Source of the DNA: an uncultured bacterium
Lineage (GTDB): Bacteria > Verrucomicrobiota > Verrucomicrobiia > Limisphaerales > UBA8199
Reading direction: 5' to 3'
Assembly (NCBI GenBank): GCA_963749495.1
Contig: CAVVMW010000001.1
Span: 384,001 to 448,000, forward strand
Length of the DNA: 64,000 nucleotides
In this document: in pieces, positions 45,503 to 56,856 of the stretch
Layout: every line of letters begins with the position of its first letter
How positions within the stretch are numbered: position 1 is the first letter of the stretch
Position numbers and translations under genes: made by a program
The notes under the pieces: model-generated
The model's input: the letters and a program-made list of their open reading frames with translations, nothing else
Databases searched by the model: none
What the model was told of the DNA's origin: nothing

Positions 45503-48500
45503 TCACGGGCGCTCGGCCCGCAGCGAGACCACGCTCCAGGCGGGCACGGGGATTTGTTCCGGCGCCTTCTGCCCCGCGACTTCGGCCACGTCGGTGTACG
45601 AAACCGAGAGCGGTTGGGTCCAAAGGAGGCGGGCCTTCTCGTCGTGGCCGGAGGCGCCATACAACCGGAGGATCCAGGCCCTGCCGTCCTCGCTGGGCTT
45701 GAGGGCTGATACGACGACACCGTCGGATTCGATCCGCACCGGGGACTGCACGGGGGCCTCACCCGCGGCCGGCATGGCAATCAACAGTTCGGTGGCCTCG
45801 ATGCCGAAATGGGCTGCCGCGATGGGGTCGTAAGCCCGATGCGGCCGAATCGCGTACCGGAACGTGGTCGGCCCTTCCTGCTCGGCCCGGTAATTGGTGT
45901 GCCAATGGTTGTTCATCACCCACGAGTACAATTTGGGGGAATGCTTGATGGTCTTCAGGTAAGCCTTGGGGTCCGGCTGTGTTCGCAGCAGGTTCGCCGT
46001 CAATCCGCCCATCTCGACCAGCGGCGCATCCACCGTCGCCCAGGTCACGCCATAATCCGCATTGGCAACGTCCACCCAGCGTTCCACGCAGAACCAGTTC
46101 TTGCACGCGCCGGGAAGCTGATCGATCTCCGGCTCGACCACCGCCAGCGGGCTGTTGATCCGCACCGTTGCCCCCGGCACGTTGAACTCGAACCCGAAGT
46201 GCAGCCCTTCCGCAGAGCGCACCGGCAGCTTGTCCACCTCATCGATCAACTCAACTCTGTCCAGGCCGTCCACGACGCGCACTTCACGCGCCAGGCGCCG
46301 GCAGGAGGGGGCCTCCGACTCGACCAGCAGGGAGGCTACGAGAGGTCCTGCCTCCTTCACGCTGATCTTGGCCGGGCCGCAGGACTTCACGTCCTTGAGG
46401 TTGGCCCCGGGCAGGTAAATGTACTCGTTGAGTTTGCCGCCGGCCAACTCCGCGTCCAGACCCTGCTGGCGCAGGCTGATGATAGCGCCCGTGGTTTCAT
46501 CCAGCTTCACCGTGAATAAAGGCGTGCTGAGGGTTGTGCCGGTTGCGCTGGCGCGGCAGGCCGCCGCCGCGGCGCCGCCTTCGACCCGATAGCGTTTGGC
46601 GCCCAGGGCGGGCACGTCCCGCGCCAGAAAGACCAGTTCGCCGCCGGCCAGCCGCTGGGAGGGAACTGGCTGACCCTGCGTGTCTTTCACCGCGTCGCCT
46701 TGGGTTTCTCTGGGCAGGGTCACCAGGTCAGTGCGCGGCCACGAGGCGGTGTTGAACACGTCGAATTCGGAGGAACTCCCTGCCGCCGGGGTTCCGGCAT
46801 CTGCGGCGCGGGGCCTCGAAATCCTGGCCAAAAGGGCGCGCGATTGGCCGTCGGCGTCGAGCGCGTAGGCCTGTTTGAATTTCCACTGGGTCTTGACGAA
46901 CTCGAGGTCCGGCTGGCTGACGCTATTGTAGGCGCCCCAGGTGTGTTCGCTGTAGAGCGCCACGTTCTTCCAGGCCTCGCCGAATTGCGCGGCGGGGAAC
47001 GTGGCCGGGCTGAGCAGGGCCCAGAGCGATTCAGCCTGCGACAGGCGGTCGGCTGAATGGCGGTTCAACGCGGTTTCCCGGGAGGAGGAGGGCGCGCCAT
47101 CTTCCCAGTAGGGTGTGAAATCGCCGCGGAAAGCGGGGATCTTGCCGGCGTACCGCTTCTCGAATTCATGGAACATCTCGCTGGTGGTGGCAATGACCAG
47201 GCGCGGCGAGGCGTACTTCGCGTTCCAGTCGCGCACTTGCTTCATGACCCGCTCGTCGGCGCTTCCGTTGTCGCCCTTGGACCACCTAATTTGGACGAGG
47301 TCGTACGGGTAACCGGCGTCCTCGAGTTGTTTCAAGTCCTGCCGGACGGCGTCGGGCAGCAGGTCCACCGTGTGCCCGAAGGCGTAGCCGAAGTAAGGCG
47401 CCCAGTAGAGCACCTTGTCTTTGCCATTGGGCCCCACCCAGTAGAAGGGCCGGTCTTCCCAGGTGACCCGCGTCCAGCCGATGCGGTCCAGGTAGTTCGG
47501 GCCGTCGGAAATGTACTTCACGCCGGCCTGGCTCAACGCCGTAACGAGGCCCCAGGTCAACCCGGGCACGTCGCTGATCATCATGGAATCAACGTTCACA
47601 CCGCAATGTTGCCCGAGCGCCTTTGCGAACATGAGCTGGTGAATCAATTCCTCACCCCGGGAAATGCCCGTCAACAGGTTGCCATACATGGCGTCCAGGC
47701 CAATGTAGCCGTCCCGCACGGCCTGCTCGAATTGGCGCTTCTGCTCCGGGGTGGCGCTGGCCCAGAATTGATCGTAGGTCCACTGGACCTCGACGTTCCA
47801 CCTGAACTTCGCCTCTGCGGGGTAGTCCTTGGTCTCCTGGATGAGTTCGAGGGCTCGGGCAACGTTATGGGCCTGCTTGGCGGCGATGTGCGGCTGGATG
47901 TCCGTGTAACCGATGTCCACGTGGGAGTGCATGAGGATATAGACGACCCACGGGCGCACCGGCTCCAGTTCCACCTCTTTTTGCGCCAGCACCTCCGTGC
48001 CGACGGCTACGCTCACGGGGACCGTCTCCGTGGCCGTCACCGCCGCCGCGAAGACCTCGACCGATTGCGAGCCCGGGCGGAGCTGGACCTTCTCCGGCTC
48101 CTGGCCGCCAACGCGCACCGTCGCCTCGACCGGTTGCCCAACGTGACGAATACTGGCGGTGACCACGTGGGCGGGTTTGCCGTCGCGCCACGCCAGGGTG
48201 CTGCGGCTGGCAGCGATCCCGGTCACCACTGTGCGGTCGTGCAACGACGCGAGCCTGGTGTCGGCGGGCGCCTCGAACTGCACGGCGTCCCACAACACCC
48301 ACGAGCCGGTCAGCGTCGTGATGGCGATGCGGTTCTCGCCCGCCTTGAGCGTCCCGGCCGGCACATCCAGGCTCACCACATAAGGACGGCCCTTGGAGGG
48401 CTCGCCAAAAACCGAAGCGTCGCCTGCGCCGGGAGGCGTCTGGTACTCGCGCGCCAACTCGTTGACCTCCACGCGCAGCCTCGGCGGGCGGGTCGAGTGC

Positions 48501-48841
48501 GTGTCCGCGAAATCCAGCTCCAGCCGGCAGGCCTCCGCCGGCGCGCTCTCCAGGCCAAAGAAGATCTCGAACGTCTGCGGCGTGCCCGGCGCCCAGCCGC
48601 CATCAGCCGCCCCCGGTTGCACATAAGGCCAGTCCCGCTTCGCGTCAGATTGCCCCACGATATACACCCCCGGCTGCCGGTAACCCTGGTAATCTTTGGG
48701 CCCGAGGGCGAACTCGGCCGTATTGGTGTCCTTGGTGCCAATGGACCATAGCAAGGTCGCGGCCGGGGACGTGGTGGCGGCCGCCGCGGCCATCAGCAGC
48801 CCAAGAATTGTTGGATGAGCGGAGCTTAAGAGACTCTTCAT
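45503..48841 (-). CDS. GH38 (alpha-mannosidase-like) hydrolase with an N-terminal rhamnogalacturonan-lyase-type CBM-like domain
   Basis: HSHVDIGYT, MISDVPG, TPYWEDG, YSEHTWG, WVMNNHWHTN. Confidence 0.85.
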   Translation of the reverse strand: MKSLLSSAHPTILGLLMAAAAATTSPAATLLWSIGTKDTNTAEFALGPKDYQGYRQPGVYIVGQSDAKRDWPYVQPGAADGGWAPGTPQTFEIFFGLESAPAEACRLELDFADTHSTRPPRLRVEVNELAREYQTPPGAGDASVFGEPSKGRPYVVSLDVPAGTLKAGENRIAITTLTGSWVLWDAVQFEAPADTRLASLHDRTVVTGIAASRSTLAWRDGKPAHVVTASIRHVGQPVEATVRVGGQEPEKVQLRPGSQSVEVFAAAVTATETVPVSVAVGTEVLAQKEVELEPVRPWVVYILMHSHVDIGYTDIQPHIAAKQAHNVARALELIQETKDYPAEAKFRWNVEVQWTYDQFWASATPEQKRQFEQAVRDGYIGLDAMYGNLLTGISRGEELIHQLMFAKALGQHCGVNVDSMMISDVPGLTWGLVTALSQAGVKYISDGPNYLDRIGWTRVTWEDRPFYWVGPNGKDKVLYWAPYFGYAFGHTVDLLPDAVRQDLKQLEDAGYPYDLVQIRWSKGDNGSADERVMKQVRDWNAKYASPRLVIATTSEMFHEFEKRYAGKIPAFRGDFTPYWEDGAPSSSRETALNRHSADRLSQAESLWALLSPATFPAAQFGEAWKNVALYSEHTWGAYNSVSQPDLEFVKTQWKFKQAYALDADGQSRALLARISRPRAADAGTPAAGSSSEFDVFNTASWPRTDLVTLPRETQGDAVKDTQGQPVPSQRLAGGELVFLARDVPALGAKRYRVEGGAAAAACRASATGTTLSTPLFTVKLDETTGAIISLRQQGLDAELAGGKLNEYIYLPGANLKDVKSCGPAKISVKEAGPLVASLLVESEAPSCRRLAREVRVVDGLDRVELIDEVDKLPVRSAEGLHFGFEFNVPGATVRINSPLAVVEPEIDQLPGACKNWFCVERWVDVANADYGVTWATVDAPLVEMGGLTANLLRTQPDPKAYLKTIKHSPKLYSWVMNNHWHTNYRAEQEGPTTFRYAIRPHRAYDPIAAAHFGIEATELLIAMPAAGEAPVQSPVRIESDGVVVSALKPSEDGRAWILRLYGASGHDEKARLLWTQPLSVSYTDVAEVAGQKAPEQIPVPAWSVVSLRAERP

Positions 48842-49069
48842 AACGGTGCCGAAGCGGTTCTGACGTTGCAATGCTGGCAGCCGGTTGAAATCCCTCTGTT
48901 TCGAGCGATGAGCAGGCTGCCGATACCCGGATTGTCTCGAAACCCACGGGCCATCGTCAATCGAAAACCGTTCGCGCCCGCAAGGCCTCAGTGAAAAAGG
49001 GAGCGGCACGGGGGCAGACCCCTCACCCCGGCCCTCTCGGTCCACGGTTCGGGGGGTGGGAATCATCGC

Positions 49070-49270
49070 GCGTCGCGTAGCGACGCAGTGAGGGTAGCCG
49101 TGGACCTCGGTCCACGGTTCAGGGCGTAGGAATGGTCATGCGTCGCGTAGCGACGCCTGACAGCGTCGCGATTTTCAGGCGTCGCAACGCGAGGCAACGC
49201 GGTCGAGCTTGGGCCATCGGTCCGTGGACTGGAAGTCCACGGCTACCATCGGGCACCGCTACGCGGTGAG
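49070..49270. repeat. Composite REP-like element, family A, copy 2
   Basis: Matches 3913-4125. Confidence 0.75.
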
Positions 49271-49319
49271 CCAGGGGGACTCCGTCTCCGCCTTCACGGA
49301 CCGGTTTCTCGCCCCCGGC

Positions 49320-50138
49320 TCACCACCACAGCGCGTTGATGTCGGACCAACCCGATTGGTACTTCGGGTCCGTATCGTATTGGCGTGGAAAGTGCCAGTA
49401 TTGCACGTGGCCGTCCCCGAAGAGCATGTTCATCCAGCGGCGCCCCTTGTAATTGTGCCAGTCATCATGGGGATCGTTGACGCCGCGGTTGGGATGCCAG
49501 GGCCAATCGCCGCAGATGATCTTGGTGCTGGGCCGCATGGCGACGTCGCCGGCCTTGAGGGCTGGCGATTGGGCAGGGTAAACCGAATCACCTGTGACGT
49601 GTTTTGTGCCGGCAAAGTCGCCGGCCCATTCCACCAGGTAGCTGTTGCCCCAGCCGTCCCAACACGTCTTGGGCACGGGATTCAACCCGTCGCCGTGATC
49701 GGCTGGGCAGTGGAAAGCGCCCGTGTTGGGGGCATATTTGTTGAGCGGCCGGTTGGTCTCCCATTGGTCGCCTCCGTACGTATTGGCATAATTGCCCAGG
49801 TAAGGCGTGGTTGGCCGCTGCCCTCCGAACGCCGCCCAGCCATCGTGGTAGGGGTAGCTGTCCCGATAATCCTGGGTGTACATGTGAAAGCCGAGACTGA
49901 TTTGGTGCTCGTTGCTGTAACATTGGGCCTGAAGGCCCTTGGCCTTGGCGCGCGCCAGCGCCGGCAACAACATCGCCGCCAGGATGGCAATGATGGCGAT
50001 GACAACCAGCAATTCGATGAGCGTAAATGCCGCCGAGGTTCCACTTCCAGCGAAGGATGATGGGACGGCCGGTTTGCCGGCCCGGATTGGACAGCGGTCT
50101 TGGCTTCGCATATTGAATTTGGCTCCAGATTGAAACAA
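49320..50138 (-). CDS. Prepilin-type / H-X9-DG domain protein
   Basis: [37 protein letters not shown]. Confidence 0.88.
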   Translation of the reverse strand: MFQSGAKFNMRSQDRCPIRAGKPAVPSSFAGSGTSAAFTLIELLVVIAIIAILAAMLLPALARAKAKGLQAQCYSNEHQISLGFHMYTQDYRDSYPYHDGWAAFGGQRPTTPYLGNYANTYGGDQWETNRPLNKYAPNTGAFHCPADHGDGLNPVPKTCWDGWGNSYLVEWAGDFAGTKHVTGDSVYPAQSPALKAGDVAMRPSTKIICGDWPWHPNRGVNDPHDDWHNYKGRRWMNMLFGDGHVQYWHFPRQYDTDPKYQSGWSDINALWW

Positions 50139-50289
50139 CCTGGCGGAGTCGCCACTCCGCCGCTTTAAGCGATCAGTCGCGTTCCTCGTAGCTTAATCGT
50201 TTGGTTCATCTCCTGCAAGCAGCGAATCCTCTCACCGGCAATTTCGGAAGCCAGGCCGGACTCGGCTTTGTGGGGGACACCCCTGAAAA

Positions 50290-50320
50290 AGTGGGAGCGG
50301 GTGAAGGGAAGCGAACCCTG
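50290..50320 (-). other. Degenerate tRNA 3'-end relic (tRNA-Gly-like), possible att scar
   Basis: Reverse complement agggttcgcttcccttcacccgctccca resembles a T-arm plus acceptor 3' strand. Confidence 0.5.
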
Positions 50321-50370
50321 ATGAAGGTTTGTCGCCAAAATGATCGCCCTTCGTAATGAGCCTCGCCCGC

Positions 50371-50676
50371 TTATTTCAGCGTCTGTTCGGCAAGAATCTT
50401 TTCGAACGCCTCATAGATCGTGGATCGCGGTCCTGCGGCCACCAAGGTTAGCGCGGGACCCTGGGTTGTGGCGCTGACGCTGTAAATCACGCGGTAGATT
50501 CGAACACGCAACCGACAGCAGCCGTGGAGCCGGCCTTCCAGCGTCCGCAGGTCCAACCTGCCGGTTTTGCCCTCAGCCAGCTTTTTGATCGCCTGCCGAA
50601 GCGCCTGGCGTGGCTCGGGCGCCAGCGACTTTATGAATGCCTGGGCTTGAGGCATCCAGAGCGTTTTATATTTCAT
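50371..50676 (-). CDS. RelE/ParE-family toxin
   Basis: LEGRLHGCCRLRVRIYRVIY..AGPRSTIY; overlaps the antitoxin gene. Confidence 0.85.
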   Translation of the reverse strand: MKYKTLWMPQAQAFIKSLAPEPRQALRQAIKKLAEGKTGRLDLRTLEGRLHGCCRLRVRIYRVIYSVSATTQGPALTLVAAGPRSTIYEAFEKILAEQTLK

Positions 50677-50914
50677 CCGGTTCGAACGGCTTGGGCTTTA
50701 TCCTGCCGGACTCATAGTCCCGGATTGACCTCATTGCGCTTTCGTCTGCCATGATCTCCAGGGTCTCCAGAATCGCCTCCATCCGCTCTCTGGAGACGAC
50801 AAACGCCACCGTGCGGCCGTGCCGGCAAACGGCGACGCTCCCGTTTCGTTCGGCGCGCTTGACCACCTGGGGCGCCTGGTCCTGAAGTTCACTGATACTT
50901 ACAGTAGAATTCAT
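50666..50914 (-). CDS. Phd/YefM-family antitoxin
   Basis: VSISELQDQAPQVVKRAE..VAVCRHGRTVAFVVS..ETLEIM. Confidence 0.85.
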   Translation of the reverse strand: MNSTVSISELQDQAPQVVKRAERNGSVAVCRHGRTVAFVVSRERMEAILETLEIMADESAMRSIRDYESGRIKPKPFEPDEI

Positions 50915-51220
50915 TCCGATTCTCTGTACGACAACCTTTCCTGTTTGTCAACGCCTCCATGCGCGGGACCACGCTGGCCGGGGCCACGTCGTCACCCGGT
51001 TCAAGCACGATGCCCGCGTAGTCGCCGGGTGAATGGTTCCGAACCTCCTGGAACTCCTGGCCCAGATCAACGCCCCGCCGGAGCGCTACGGGCAGGAGAT
51101 TCGCCAATCGGGGCAGGAAGAGGCCAGGCTAAATGCGCATGATCAAAGTGCGCCAGAAAATCTCCGGCTGCTTTCGAACCTTGAGAGGGACGCGGATGTT
51201 CTGTCGCATCCGGAGCTAGC

Positions 51221-53758
51221 CTATTGCCGCCAGACCGCCCGCCAAAATTGGCGGCTCGCGGTGCCGATCACCGTGTTCGTAATATTGGCAGACGACAACG
51301 CCAGGACATTGGTCGAGACGCTGGTCCAAGCGACCAGGTTGGTCGAGGTTTGTATCCAATAGGTCTGGCCTGAGATGCCCGAAAGCTGCAGGACAAACGA
51401 ACCGGACGCGGGTGCCGGTGGCACCACGGCCAGGGACGGCGCGGTGGCATTGTTCAATTGAACGGAATCGATGTAAAAAGTCGTCGCTCCGGAGAGGGTG
51501 GGCCAGAACCAGAAACCCTGGCAGTTGGTGACGTTCGCCACTCCCAGGGCGGAGAGCGGGATGTCAAACTGCGTCCAGGTATTCACCGGCAGGGCGGGCA
51601 GGTTATAGATGGCTTGGTAAGCCTGGGTCACCACTCCCATCACCTGCGGCCCTTGCGCGCCCGCCTCGCCGCCGTTGATCCAAAAGCTCAGGCTCGAGTA
51701 GGGCGAGGTGTTGAAATCGTCATGATACAGTGAAAGAGCCGTATAAGGAGCGGCCGTGACACTGATGGAATAGCTGCCGGAATAAACCGGGGAGGTATTG
51801 TAATCGTTGACGGCGGTGGCCCAACTCCAGTCCTGGAATCCGTTGAGCAAGCTGTCAACGTAGATCGGCAAATTCGCGGGCGTGGCCAGAACGGTAAAGG
51901 CAGTCGCGCTCTGCGCGGTCCCGCCGGGGGTGGTGACGGCGATTGGCCCGGACGTGGCGGCGGCTGGCACGGTGGCGGTTATCTGCGTCGCCGCGTTAAC
52001 CGTGAAGCCGGCCGCGACGCCATTGAAGGTGACGGTCGTCGCCCCAGTGAAATTCCGGCCGGTGATGACAATCGCCGTTCCCGCCATGCCGCTGGAGGGA
52101 ATCGAGGAAATGACCGGCGCGGACGCCCCGCCTCCGGCGCCCGGAGTGTTGACAACAAGGTTCAAGGAGTCGGTGAGGAGGCGATTCACCGTAATCCACA
52201 GGCGCTGGCCGGCGGTATCGAGGGTCGCAAAATAATCAACGCCCGCATTGGTCAACCCGGTGCCCACAGCAATGCCGGCTGGCAACTGGCTCGAAGCATA
52301 GCCGTTGATGACCAAGACGGGGTGATCGAGAGGATAATTCGCCGCGGGCGTGAGCGTGGCATTGACCGCGTTGGTGGTGGCTGCGATTTGCCAAGTCGAG
52401 TAAGTTGGGTCATACCCGGCGGGGCTAAAGGCAATCGTTGCGGAGGAGGCGCTTCCCACTCCGGCCGGCCCGCTGGTTTCCACGGCGCCGATCGAGGCGG
52501 AAAGGCTCGCGTGGGTGACGTTCTCCATTTGGGTAACTTGTGTGCCGACGGTGCCGTTGGTGTAGCCGCCGGTGTGCGTTCCCAAAACGACAAAGACGGA
52601 ATAGGCCATGAGCATGCCGTCGGCACGGGCACCGAGGAGCGCCACCCCCACCGGATCGGTCGAGTGCTGCGAATACTGCGTAATATTGAGGTAAGGAGAA
52701 TCGCTGTAATCGCCATAGTCATCGAAACCGCCGACACTGCCGAAATTCCTTCCCCAGGTGAGGCGCTTGGAGGTAATGGGAACAGCGGCTCCGGCGGGCC
52801 ATTGGTAATTCAGGATTTGGAAAGCCCAGCTTTCGTCCGTCAGCATCGGCCCTCCCAACTGGCTCGTGTTGCGTGGATCAACGGGCGGATAAAGGCGGCT
52901 ATCGCTGCCCTGATCGCAAACGGTAATCGGAACCGTCGCCACGTGCCCCATTTCCGCATCCACCGTGGCGGGATTGGCCCATTGCATCGCGTAGGGAATG
53001 GTGTTGGCCTCGGTGTCCTTCCAGCCGGAATTCCTGGTCACTTCCTCAGGATTCGACGCCAGGGTGACAAACTTAAAAGTATCGCCATAGGAAGCTCCGC
53101 CGACGTAGGCATTGACGCCGTCGCCATCGTAGGCCATATCGCCGTAAGGCGAACGGGAATCAGCGCCGAGGTTCCCTTGCTGCACAGCTTCCAGGCCCCG
53201 GGCATCCTGGCTGATCGCGAAAATCGGATGCGAACGGCCGTCGGCGAAGAACCATTGCACGGTCGTCGGCACCGTCGCCCCGCCGATCTGGTAGTTTGGC
53301 GTGCTATAGGTGATGATGGCGTGGCTGGTTCCCTGGAGGGTCACGGTAGTGGTGCCGGGGACAAGAGGCAAGTTCGCATTGGAAAAGTCATCGCCAAAGC
53401 CGGTGTGGTTCTGCACGAATCCGTCGCCGGAGAATTCGTCCGTGCCCCCTTGGATATAGTCCGTCCCGGTGCAGACCCGGGTGGTGCCATTGACCTGGTA
53501 GGTGAGGCGCCGAAGATAACCCGGGCCTTGATACGCGCCCGTCTGGCTCTGGTTCACCATGATGGCGGTCCGTGGCAACCCGGCGCTATCCGTCCACTGC
53601 ACCGAGAGAGCGGGAAGGCCGTTATCGGAAGTGACCGAAGTCACAGTGAGAGCGGCCGAATTGTGGACCGGAAACAGCCGGGCCACGAGCAATGACGAGG
53701 CAATAACTTGCGCCATCCTTTGCCAACGATGGGAAAACAATTCACAGGTGTTGTTCAT
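51221..53758 (-). CDS. Secreted protein with IPT/TIG and carbohydrate-binding-like domains
   Basis: ITGRNFTGATTVTFNG..GPIAVTTPGG; LSFWINGG; QFWRA tail. Confidence 0.75.
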   Translation of the reverse strand: MNNTCELFSHRWQRMAQVIASSLLVARLFPVHNSAALTVTSVTSDNGLPALSVQWTDSAGLPRTAIMVNQSQTGAYQGPGYLRRLTYQVNGTTRVCTGTDYIQGGTDEFSGDGFVQNHTGFGDDFSNANLPLVPGTTTVTLQGTSHAIITYSTPNYQIGGATVPTTVQWFFADGRSHPIFAISQDARGLEAVQQGNLGADSRSPYGDMAYDGDGVNAYVGGASYGDTFKFVTLASNPEEVTRNSGWKDTEANTIPYAMQWANPATVDAEMGHVATVPITVCDQGSDSRLYPPVDPRNTSQLGGPMLTDESWAFQILNYQWPAGAAVPITSKRLTWGRNFGSVGGFDDYGDYSDSPYLNITQYSQHSTDPVGVALLGARADGMLMAYSVFVVLGTHTGGYTNGTVGTQVTQMENVTHASLSASIGAVETSGPAGVGSASSATIAFSPAGYDPTYSTWQIAATTNAVNATLTPAANYPLDHPVLVINGYASSQLPAGIAVGTGLTNAGVDYFATLDTAGQRLWITVNRLLTDSLNLVVNTPGAGGGASAPVISSIPSSGMAGTAIVITGRNFTGATTVTFNGVAAGFTVNAATQITATVPAAATSGPIAVTTPGGTAQSATAFTVLATPANLPIYVDSLLNGFQDWSWATAVNDYNTSPVYSGSYSISVTAAPYTALSLYHDDFNTSPYSSLSFWINGGEAGAQGPQVMGVVTQAYQAIYNLPALPVNTWTQFDIPLSALGVANVTNCQGFWFWPTLSGATTFYIDSVQLNNATAPSLAVVPPAPASGSFVLQLSGISGQTYWIQTSTNLVAWTSVSTNVLALSSANITNTVIGTASRQFWRAVWRQ

Positions 53759-54252
53759 AAAACCTCCGACAATATTTTAGCCGCACAAGGATAATTTCAA
53801 GATGACCGGGGGCACCGTATCGTAGTGGATCGTGCTTGTCGTTGAGGCGGAGTGGCCGAATTGGTCGAGCGCGGTCACCGTGACGGCGGTATCGGCGCAC
53901 TCCACGGCATTCACGGGCACCGTGGTGGAGAACGCCGGGCTTGCGCCGCAGTTGTCGCAGAGGGTGGTGGGCGGGCCGCCATCAACGGACACCGTGAGCG
54001 ACACGATGGAGTTGGTGCCAAGCACCTGGCCGCTGATTGGCACCACCGGAGCACCGGCGCAAGCGGGGGCAATGAGTTGCACCTGCGAACGGGTCGTTTT
54101 CATAACAAGTTTTGCTGAGCAGACGTCAAGTCGTGGTTTTCGTCGTCGCCCGTTACAGAACGGTTTTCCGTGGGCGATTATGCGAAGTAATGAAATTTAT
54201 TCCGGCGCCTTAAGCGCCCGTCCGGAGCGCGGAATTTGTTTTTGCACGAGCG

Positions 54253-56856
54253 CTAAGGCGCTTTGAGCAGCCGGACTCCCCCGCCGTTCAAGCCCACTGC
54301 GAGGGTGTGCCCGTCCGGGGCGAACCCGAGCCACGAACCGGCAGCGGGCAATGGAACGACGGCGACTTCACGCAGGGTCGGGAGGTCCCAAAAACGCAGG
54401 CCCTGTTGCTGCTCGATCGAGACCAGCGTGCGGCCATCCTGGGCCATGGCAACCGCGCTGACTTCGGTCAGGTGCCCGCGCAAAGTCGCCAGTTCGCGGC
54501 CGGACGCGACCGCCCAAAGCTTGATCGTGGCATCGCTGCTGGCCGTGGCCAGAAGACGGCTGTCCGGCGAAAAGGCGGCCCATTTTCCCTGGTCGAAATG
54601 AGCGGCAAGCCGGCGCGAGGTCCGCCCCTGCACAGAACAGAGCAGGAATCCATCTTCGCCCAACGTGAGGGCCGCCCAATTGCCGTCCGGACTGAGCGCG
54701 AGGAACCAGGCCTCACTTGCCGGCACCTGAAGCGAGGCGAGCCTCCGTCCAGTGCGGCCGTCCCAGGCGGACAAGCGCTTCTCCGGCGAAAGCCCAGCGA
54801 AGATACGGCCGTCATTGGATACGCCCCAGACATGCGGTGGCTGCTCGTTGGGATTGTGTTCGAGGCTCACCTCGCGGGGAGCGCCACCGAATGCCGTGTC
54901 GCGCCACTCCAGCGCGAAGGGCGCGCGCCGCAACAGGAGGTTGCCCGTGGCGTCCAAGGCCAACGGTTCGGCGGCGTCGAGGGCCAGGGCCGGCGTGTCC
55001 CGGTCGAGGTCATAGACCAGGGTGTGCGGCGGGTCGTCGGCTGACAAGGTCACCATCCGGCGGCCGTCGGCAGAAAAGAAGTGCTGGCCCCAGACACGGG
55101 CCTCGAGCACGCGGTCGGAGAAAGGCTTGGCGACAGGCCAGGCAAAGACATTGCGGTCCTTGCCTCCAGTGGCGAATTGCCGGCCATCCGGGCTGAAGCT
55201 GGCGCACCAGACTTCACTGCTGTGCCCCCGGTAGATGTCCAGCAGCGTTCCCGTCCGGGCTTCCCACAAGCGCAGTGTCTGGTCGGAAGAGGTGGTCAGA
55301 AGACGCGTGCCGTCGGGCGAGAAAGCGGCGCGCCAGGTGGGCAGAGAATGGCCGGGCCATCGCTCGAACGTGGGCTGCGCCCCAGGCAGGCGCCAGACGC
55401 GCACGTCCGGCTCGAAGCCGGTGGCCACCAGCGCCTGGTCGTCGTCCGAGAAAATCATCGCCCACACCTTGCCGGTGCCCGTCAAACGATGCTCGAGGGC
55501 GCCCGTGTCCGCTGCGAAGATGTCGATCCGGTCCGAGGTATCGGAAAGGGCGAGCTTTTTCCCCGAAGGCGAGAGGACTGCGAGCCGGGCATCTGGAAAA
55601 CGCCGGGCTTGGCCGGACTCCAGGTCGCGGAGGCAGACCGGACCTGCCGCGGCGTCGGTTTCCCAGGCCACTGGGTTGCCCTCGCAGGTAACCAACAGCC
55701 TGCCATCCCTGGAAATCCGCGCACTGGACGCGGGATAATTCGTCAACTCCACTCTCTCGCTGACATCCCAGATCGCAGCGCCAGAGGTCACGCCGACCGC
55801 CAATAAACGCCGGCTGTCGGGGAACCACTGCATTTCCCGGATGTGGTTGGTCGTCAGGATCAAGGGCGCGCCGGGCACGCCCGGCCGCCAGAGACGCAGG
55901 TCGGCGCCGACCGTGCCGGAGCCCAGGCTGCCGCTGGCAATCCAGTGCCCGTCGGGAGACCAGGCGGTACTGGTGACAATCCACGCGTGCTGCCCCAGCA
56001 AGATGCGCGGATCGCCCGCACTACGCGCCTGCAGGTAGCGCCACGCGAACGGCTCCTTCCCGAAGGCCGGTGTGTGGCGGGCCAGCAAGTCCCGGGCACG
56101 GCCCAGGTCGCCGTGTTCTATATCCTCGGCTGCAATCCGCAAGTCCGCGGCGTAGAGGTTGAAGTGGTTCTCGCGTGACTGCCGAAGAAAGACGGCCAGG
56201 CCCGCCGCCAGCACGGCCGTCAGCAACCCGCCCATCACGGTCAGGCCAGGGTGCCGGAGCGACCAGAGCCAAAGCTGCCCCGGGACACCCACCGGCCGCG
56301 CTCTGATGGGACGGCGCTCCAGGAAAGCCCTCAGTTCCTCCGCCACCTCGAGGGCGGAGGCATACCGGCGTGAAGGTTCCTTGGCCAGGCATTTCAAGCA
56401 GATGGTCTCGAGGTCTTCCGGCACGCGAGGGTTGATTTGGCGCGGGCGCGCCGGTTCGCTGGTCAGCACCAGCGCCAGTGTCGCCGTCACAGTTGAGCCG
56501 CTGAACGGCGGACGGGCCGTCAGGAGGTGGTAGAGGAGCGCGCCCAGGCCATAGACATCGCCGGCAACCCCGATGCGGCCGCGTTGCGGGTCCGCCTGTT
56601 CGGGTGGCATATAGCCGGGCGAACCGGCGATGTGCTGGGTGCTCTCGCAGCCAAGCTGCCGGGAGAGGCCGAAATCCGTCACGCGTGGCTGGTCCGCCCG
56701 GTCGATCAGCACGTTTCCGGGCTTCAAATCCCGGTGCAGGATGCCCCGGGCGTGCGCCGCGCCAACGGCTTGGGCCACCGCTCGCGCATACCGGGCCGCG
56801 CGGCGTGGTTCCAGGGGACCCTCGGCGGCCAGCACTGCGAGCGGTGTTCCCCTCAA
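54253..56856 (-). pseudogene. Ser/Thr kinase-TM-WD40 protein lacking the kinase N-lobe
   Basis: HRDLKPGN, DFG, YMPPEQ and WD40 repeats present; no Gly-rich loop or VAIK motif. Confidence 0.75.

Noticed and set aside
43020..45623. Apparent 867-aa exported-protein/ABC-ATPase fusion
   Set aside because: Produced by a frameshift near 43900; the upstream gene has its own tail and stop, and the ATPase has its own GTG
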